Part shown: positions 7,538-11,818 of the stretch, piece by piece
How positions within the stretch are numbered: position 1 is the stretch's first letter
Layout of the letters: the number at the start of each line of letters is the position of its first letter
Assembly (NCBI GenBank): GCA_031459875.1
Contig: JAVKHQ010000056.1
Span: 1 to 11,818, forward strand
Reading direction: 5' to 3'
Source of the DNA: Candidatus Fervidifonticultor sextus
GTDB taxonomy: Bacteria > Sysuimicrobiota > Sysuimicrobiia > Sysuimicrobiales > Humicultoraceae
DNA: 11,818 nucleotides
Program-made: the position numbers and the translations under genes
The notes under the pieces: generated by a model
Databases searched by the model: none
What the model was told of the DNA's origin: nothing
The model's input: only the letters and a program-made list of their open reading frames with translations

Positions 7538-8412
7538 CCCTCCCTCCGTCCCAGCACGGACGGCAGCAGCCCCTCGGGCCGCAGCAGCAACCCGACCAGC
7601 AGAGCGCACGCACCGACCAGCCGGGCGACCGCCGTCGCCCCCAGGACCTGGGCGACGGCTTCCCCCACCCCGATGACCATCCCGCCCAGCACCACGCCCG
7701 TTGGATTTCCGATGCCTCCCAGGATCACCGCGGCGAACAGCAGGCCGATCCACTGTTCCGCAGCGTTGGGATAGAGGGCAAAGTTCATCGCCACCAGCAC
7801 CCCGGCCACCCCGCCGGTGGCACCGCCCACCGCGGCCAGCATGAGACGCAGCCGCTCCACATCCGCCCCGCACGCCCTCGTCATCTCTTCGTCCAACACC
7901 GCCGCCCGCAACGCCTTGCCCGCGTACGTCCTCTTCAGGATGAGGCCGACGGCCACCGCCACGAGAACCGCCAGGGAGAACGAGACCACCTGCGTCACGG
8001 GGAAGGCCAGGGGGCCGGCGGTCAGCGCGCCGACGGCATACGGGTTCTGGGCGATGGGAATCCGACGATAGTCCGCCGTCCACACGAGCTTGGAGAGGCC
8101 TTCGAACACGACCAGCACGCCGAAGGTGAACACCAGGGAGCGCGCGGCGTCCAGGCGCAGGGCCCGCATCACGAGCCGCCACCCGGCGCCCACGAGGCAC
8201 CCCACGGGGGCCGCCAGGAGCAGGATCATCAGGGGATTCAACCCCCGCGTCGCCAGCTCGTAGGTCACATAGCCGAACCCGAAGATGATCGCGAAGTGCC
8301 CGAAGTCAATGGTGTCGAGGAAGCCCCAGCCCAGGGTCAACCCCAGCGCCAGCAGCGCATAGAACGCCCCGATCAGGATCCCTGAGGCCACCGCCTGAGC
8401 CAGATCTACCAT
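7534..8412 (-). CDS. livH: HAAT-type ABC transporter permease (LivH-like)
   Basis: SGILIGAFYALLALGLTL.WG....DFGH, T..GKALRA...D, FAAVILGGIGN..G...GG, RPEGL; SD-like GGGAGAGG upstream. Confidence 0.94.
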   Translation of the reverse strand: MVDLAQAVASGILIGAFYALLALGLTLGWGFLDTIDFGHFAIIFGFGYVTYELATRGLNPLMILLLAAPVGCLVGAGWRLVMRALRLDAARSLVFTFGVLVVFEGLSKLVWTADYRRIPIAQNPYAVGALTAGPLAFPVTQVVSFSLAVLVAVAVGLILKRTYAGKALRAAVLDEEMTRACGADVERLRLMLAAVGGATGGVAGVLVAMNFALYPNAAEQWIGLLFAAVILGGIGNPTGVVLGGMVIGVGEAVAQVLGATAVARLVGACALLVGLLLRPEGLLPSVLGRREG

Positions 8413-8473
8413 GGGCCCACAGCCTCTCCCGCTGCGGGTGCGCGACGTCGGATCCCCTGCCTTGCGGACAGCG

Positions 8474-8507
8474 CGGGGCCGCCGGCCGGACTCAGCCCGC
8501 GGCCCCG
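8474..8507. other. GC-rich stem-loop between SBP and permease genes (putative mRNA-stabilising element)
   Basis: CGGGGCCGC (8474-8482) pairs with GCGGCCCCG (8499-8507), extended by GGC/GCC after one mismatch. It lies 16 nt downstream of the SBP stop and has no U-tract. Confidence 0.55.
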
Positions 8508-8523
8508 GGGCCTCTGCGGCTGC

Positions 8524-9756
8524 CTATCGCAACCGCCGGTCTTCCGCTGCCAGCGACGGCGGCCAGACCGCCCACCACCGTCCGTCCTGGATCTGCATCA
8601 CCGCCTGGAGGTCATCGCCATAGTTCTGCTGGGTCGCGTCGAATTTCAAACGGCCCTGGACCGTCGGCACGGGCTTGGACAGCAGGGCATCGGCGATCCG
8701 GGCCTGATCCAGGCACCGGCACTCCTGCACGCCGAAGGTGAGCACCTGCCATGCCGACCAGGAGGCGGCGGACTGCACGTCGGGTTCGTCGTAGGCCAGG
8801 CCGGTCGCCTTGGCCCACGCCCGATAGCGGCGCACGAAGTCCCGCGCTCCGGGATTCGAGAGATAGGGCTCGTGGGGCACGAAGATGGTCACGCTTGTCG
8901 CCCGATCCGTGACCGGTAGCGCCGTCAGCATCGCCCCTGGCGACGGCCACTGGTGGAAGTGATGCCGGGGCTTCCAGCCCAGCTGGGCCAGCGCCTGGAG
9001 CAGGTTCACGCCGTCCAACGCCAATCCGGCCGCGTACAGGAGGTCCGGATCCGCCCGCCGCACCTGCTGGGCGATCGGAATCCAGTCGGTGGTGCCCAGG
9101 TCGAACTGCACGTCGAGGACCACCCGCAGCCCCTTCTGCTCGGCCACCCGCGTGGCGCCGCCGACGTTGGCCCTCCCGTATGCCAGGAACTGCGTGCCTG
9201 GAAACTTGTTCACGACGAACCCCACCGTGCGCGGCCGCTGCCCCGGGGGCAGCGACAGGTAGGCGTCGAACACCTTGGCCGGCGTCGTCATGTGCGTGTT
9301 CAATCCCACGTACCAGGTGGGGAAGTGACGCCGATAGGTGTAGGCATACGTCAGGCTGGCGGTGTGGTGCGGGAACACGTATCCGTATTTCTCTGCCACC
9401 CGCATGGTGGCCGTGATGGACGCGGTTCCGTACGGACCGATGATCAGGTCCACCTTGTCTTCCGTGATGAGCCGTTCATAGAGTGCCGCGGCCTTGTCGG
9501 GCCGCGATTCGTCATCCAGGAGCACCCACTCCAGGGGGCGCCCCAGCAATCCTCCCTTCTCGTTCACCATCTGCACGAACGCCCGTCCGGCAGCCTCGTG
9601 GACCTTGCCCTGGGCCGCGAACACCCCTGTGAGCGGCAGGGTGCCGCCCACCCGGATGGGGCTCGACTGCGCGTCGGCGCCCGTGTAGGAAACCAGGAGC
9701 AACAAGACCCCCGCAAGCCCGACGAACCGACCGACTCTTCCCCCTGTCTGCCTCAC
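8524..9756 (-). CDS. HAAT-type ABC transporter substrate-binding protein (LivJ/LivK-like periplasmic binding protein type 1)
   Basis: Sec-type signal peptide ending ADA|Q; IRVGGTLPLTG, VNEKGGLLGRPLE...DDES, LITEDKVDLIIGPYGT, TVQGRLKFD, QIQDG. Start placed at GTG 9756 behind SD-like AGGGGGTG; the ORF track gives 9765. Confidence 0.93.
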   Translation of the reverse strand: MRQTGGRVGRFVGLAGVLLLLVSYTGADAQSSPIRVGGTLPLTGVFAAQGKVHEAAGRAFVQMVNEKGGLLGRPLEWVLLDDESRPDKAAALYERLITEDKVDLIIGPYGTASITATMRVAEKYGYVFPHHTASLTYAYTYRRHFPTWYVGLNTHMTTPAKVFDAYLSLPPGQRPRTVGFVVNKFPGTQFLAYGRANVGGATRVAEQKGLRVVLDVQFDLGTTDWIPIAQQVRRADPDLLYAAGLALDGVNLLQALAQLGWKPRHHFHQWPSPGAMLTALPVTDRATSVTIFVPHEPYLSNPGARDFVRRYRAWAKATGLAYDEPDVQSAASWSAWQVLTFGVQECRCLDQARIADALLSKPVPTVQGRLKFDATQQNYGDDLQAVMQIQDGRWWAVWPPSLAAEDRRLR

Positions 9757-9825
9757 GACTCGCACCCCCTTCCAGCGTCTCCTGCGTCCGAACCCTCGCT
9801 GCAGCCTGCACCTCCCCTCTTCGTA

Positions 9826-10782
9826 TCACTCTGGGCCTGCGTCCGCGCGCGCCGCCTGCACGGCTATCGGCGAGGCCTCACTGCTCAGCAGCCGTTCCAG
9901 GTATTCCCATTCACGGGTGAACCGATACGAGTGATTTCGAGGGGGCTGCGGTGCCTGGGTCTCGAGCCACCGGACGTTCTGCCTCGACCGATTGTAGAAG
10001 GCGTGAATCGTGCCCGCCCCCGTCCAGAAGAAATCACCCGCCCGAAGCTGATACGTCTGCCCCTCCGTCCAGGCGTCGACTTCTCCCTCCAGAATCAGGT
10101 ACGCCTCCTCGAAGGGATGGTCATGTGGGTGCGCCACGCCTCCGGGCTCGTACTCCACCATGAACATGGTCATCAGGTTCGCGTCCATGCGCTGGTCCAC
10201 AAGCATCTTGATCCCGATCCCACTGTAGACGAGGAGGGCTGTCACCATGCTCGGCGACGCCGTCGGAGCTTCCACCGCGCTCCCGCGCCGGGCGGTGTCC
10301 AGGTCCATCTGGCCCTTCTCGAAGTGGAAGAAGAGTCGGCACCGGGGGTCCCGCGCGTCGACCTTCCTGACCTCCCCGGACGCGAGGGGCGCTGCCAGGA
10401 AGAACGCGTCGGCCGGCCCCCGTTCCCGCGGACGTGGCGATACCATCTCGACCCAGGCACACCGCCGCCCCTCGGGGTTGCGCCACGAGTGTGGAACACC
10501 AACCGGAATGAAGCCTCCCTCCTGCTCGCCCAGCCTCACCGTCCCGCCGTTGATCGTCAGGTCGAGGACGCCCTCCAGCACATAGACCGCTTCCTCGTAG
10601 GACTGCACGTGCGGGTCAATGCGCCCTCCACCGTCCAACTCGCACGCGGCGAACCCCATGTGCACCGACCCGGTGCTCCCGTCCACGAGCGGTTGCCTGC
10701 GAAACCCGCTGCTGTGTCCGGCGAAGCGCTCGGGGATCCTCATCTCCGTGCGATCCAATCGCGCCACACGATGTGCGCCCAC
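9826..10782 (-). CDS. Bicupin (two cupin domains), paralog A, function unknown
   Basis: Cupin motifs HVQSYEE...HSWRN and HDHPFEE...HAFYN. The first codons of the ORF-track call (GGAGGAGGA) form an SD, placing the start at GTG 10782 (MGAHRVARLD). Confidence 0.9.
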   Translation of the reverse strand: MGAHRVARLDRTEMRIPERFAGHSSGFRRQPLVDGSTGSVHMGFAACELDGGGRIDPHVQSYEEAVYVLEGVLDLTINGGTVRLGEQEGGFIPVGVPHSWRNPEGRRCAWVEMVSPRPRERGPADAFFLAAPLASGEVRKVDARDPRCRLFFHFEKGQMDLDTARRGSAVEAPTASPSMVTALLVYSGIGIKMLVDQRMDANLMTMFMVEYEPGGVAHPHDHPFEEAYLILEGEVDAWTEGQTYQLRAGDFFWTGAGTIHAFYNRSRQNVRWLETQAPQPPRNHSYRFTREWEYLERLLSSEASPIAVQAARADAGPE

Positions 10783-10832
10783 CGCCGATCCTCCTCCCAC
10801 CTGCCCGCATCATCCAGGGTCGTTGACGGGCT

Positions 10833-11534
10833 TCAGCCCAGGACCCAGCCCCCGTCCACGAAGAGCTCGACGCCGTTGACCGCCGGATTCTCCAGCAGAA
10901 ACGCGACGGCATCGACGACATCCTGCATCCGCACCAGGCGCCCGGTGGGGGTGCGCCCCCGCACCTTTTCCAGCATCGCCTCGTTGTTGGCCCAGTAGGG
11001 ACTGTCCCCCACGATCCCGGGGTGGATGGCGTTCACCCGCACCGGAGCCAGTTCGCTGACCAGGGTCCGCACGAGGCCGGAAACACCCGCGTTGACGGTT
11101 GTGACCGTGGTCGATCCCGGGTACGGCCGCTCCTTGGCGAGCCCTCCGAAGATAACGATGGCGCTCTCGGGCGTCAACCGCGATTGCAGCGCGTGGATCA
11201 CTGCCGTGTAGCCCACCAGTTTCAGGGTCACCAGGGAGAGCGCGCGCCGCACATCGTAGTCCCGCACCGTGTTCCGGTCACGGTCGATGGCCGCCAGCAC
11301 CAGACCACCAACGGGACCGAGGCTCGAGAGCCTGGCCGCCACCTCGTCGGGCCTAGTGAGATCCACCGCGACTCCCTGGACGGTGGGGCCGACCTCCCTC
11401 GCCGCAGCGGCTGTGCGGACGGGATCGCGCCCGGAGATCACCACCGGACGGCCGCGCTCCGCGTAGTAACGTGCGGTCTCTTTCCCGATCCCGGAGGTTC
11501 CGCCGATAATGACTACAGCCCCAGAGCCCTCCAT
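10833..11534 (-). CDS. SDR family oxidoreductase, atypical (no YxxxK), probably NADP(H)-dependent
   Basis: GGTSGIG, SGRD (basic residue after beta2), ELAPVRVNAIHPG, P.GR....DV..AV.FL, VDGG; SD GGAGGGG upstream of ATG. Confidence 0.93.
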   Translation of the reverse strand: MEGSGAVVIIGGTSGIGKETARYYAERGRPVVISGRDPVRTAAAAREVGPTVQGVAVDLTRPDEVAARLSSLGPVGGLVLAAIDRDRNTVRDYDVRRALSLVTLKLVGYTAVIHALQSRLTPESAIVIFGGLAKERPYPGSTTVTTVNAGVSGLVRTLVSELAPVRVNAIHPGIVGDSPYWANNEAMLEKVRGRTPTGRLVRMQDVVDAVAFLLENPAVNGVELFVDGGWVLG

Positions 11535-11568
11535 GAAACCCCTCCGAAAACCGTCAAACCAACCAAAT

Positions 11569-11595
11569 TCGTCCGACCAGCAGATTGTCTGACTA
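11569..11595. promoter_or_regulatory. Putative tandem FadR/GntR operator at the head of the operon
   Basis: TCGTCCGACCA (11569-11579) and TTGTCTGACTA (11585-11595) both fit TNGT-N3-ACNA and are 16 bp apart. They sit in an AT-richer intergenic region 35-61 nt upstream of the first gene and mirror 1070-1096. Confidence 0.75.
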
Positions 11596-11675
11596 ACAGG
11601 CGTTAGAATTAGCCGTCGGCGTCACCGATCCTGCAGCCCCGGAATCGAGGAATGGCCCGCCGCCGCGCCGCGGCG

Positions 11676-11818
11676 CTAGATCGCCTGCCCGTACTTGTCG
11701 CGCATCAGGTCGCGGATGTACTTGGTCACGTCCAGGGTCACCGACAGCGCCCGGTGCACCGTCCGCTCCACCAGATCCCCCCGCAGCAGCGGGTAGCCTT
11801 CCATCAACCGCCTGGCCT
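11676..11818 (-). CDS. C-terminal fragment of an unidentified protein (truncated by window edge)
   Basis: Open frame ...ARRLMEGYPLLRGDLVERTVHRALSVTLDVTKYIRDLMRDKYGQAI-TAG with almost all codons ending in G/C and protein-like composition; family not recognised. Confidence 0.75.
   Translation of the reverse strand, partial: ARRLMEGYPLLRGDLVERTVHRALSVTLDVTKYIRDLMRDKYGQAI

Noticed and set aside
7538..8200. N-terminal 221 aa of the 595-aa ORF 6413..8200, suggesting a large fused permease
   Set aside because: It overlaps livH in another frame and is low-complexity Arg/Gly; the real LivM starts at ATG 7537 with an ATGA overlap.
8953..10998. 681-aa plus-strand ORF, and similar long plus-strand ORFs at 292-1167, 1106-2545, 3360-4454, 4614-5807, 4897-6567 and 6212-7774
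   Set aside because: Antisense shadows of well-supported minus-strand genes; Arg/Pro/His-rich, no recognisable motifs, expected in high-GC DNA.
11535..11640. Sigma70 -35/-10 promoter for the operon (GACAAT, TAATTC and TTGACG-like words) and repeated AAACC words
   Set aside because: No correctly spaced -35/-10 pair was found on the minus strand; the AAACC words are too short to interpret. A promoter is likely here but cannot be placed.
11661..11675. CGCCGC-GCC-GCGGCG hairpin right after the upstream gene's stop, as an intrinsic terminator
   Set aside because: Short stem in a GC-rich context with no U-tract; not supportable.
1..11818. CRISPR arrays, tRNA/rRNA, IS elements, phage or defence genes
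   Set aside because: No regularly spaced repeats, RNA-gene signatures, or transposase, integrase or nuclease motifs; nearly all sequence is explained by the metabolic operon.

Overview
High-GC bacterial window filled by one minus-strand, apparently co-transcribed catabolic cluster that runs off the left edge. In transcription order: atypical SDR oxidoreductase, bicupin A, a complete Liv/HAAT-type ABC importer (SBP, LivH, LivM, LivG, LivF), a His-loop Rid-family protein, a DUF6282-type amidohydrolase-fold protein, bicupin B, a COG0402-type amidohydrolase, a FadR-subfamily GntR regulator and the 5' part of a beta-hydroxyacid dehydrogenase (missing from the ORF track). The 3' end of an unidentified gene lies at the right edge. 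A conserved tandem FadR-type operator occurs both upstream of the operon and upstream of the regulator. Five of the enzymes deviate from their family's canonical catalytic motif, and I cannot match the gene set to a characterised pathway. It is a candidate uncharacterised uptake-and-degradation system, probably for an N-containing small molecule. No RNA genes, CRISPR arrays or mobile elements were seen. Family assignments come from motif recognition, not database searches.
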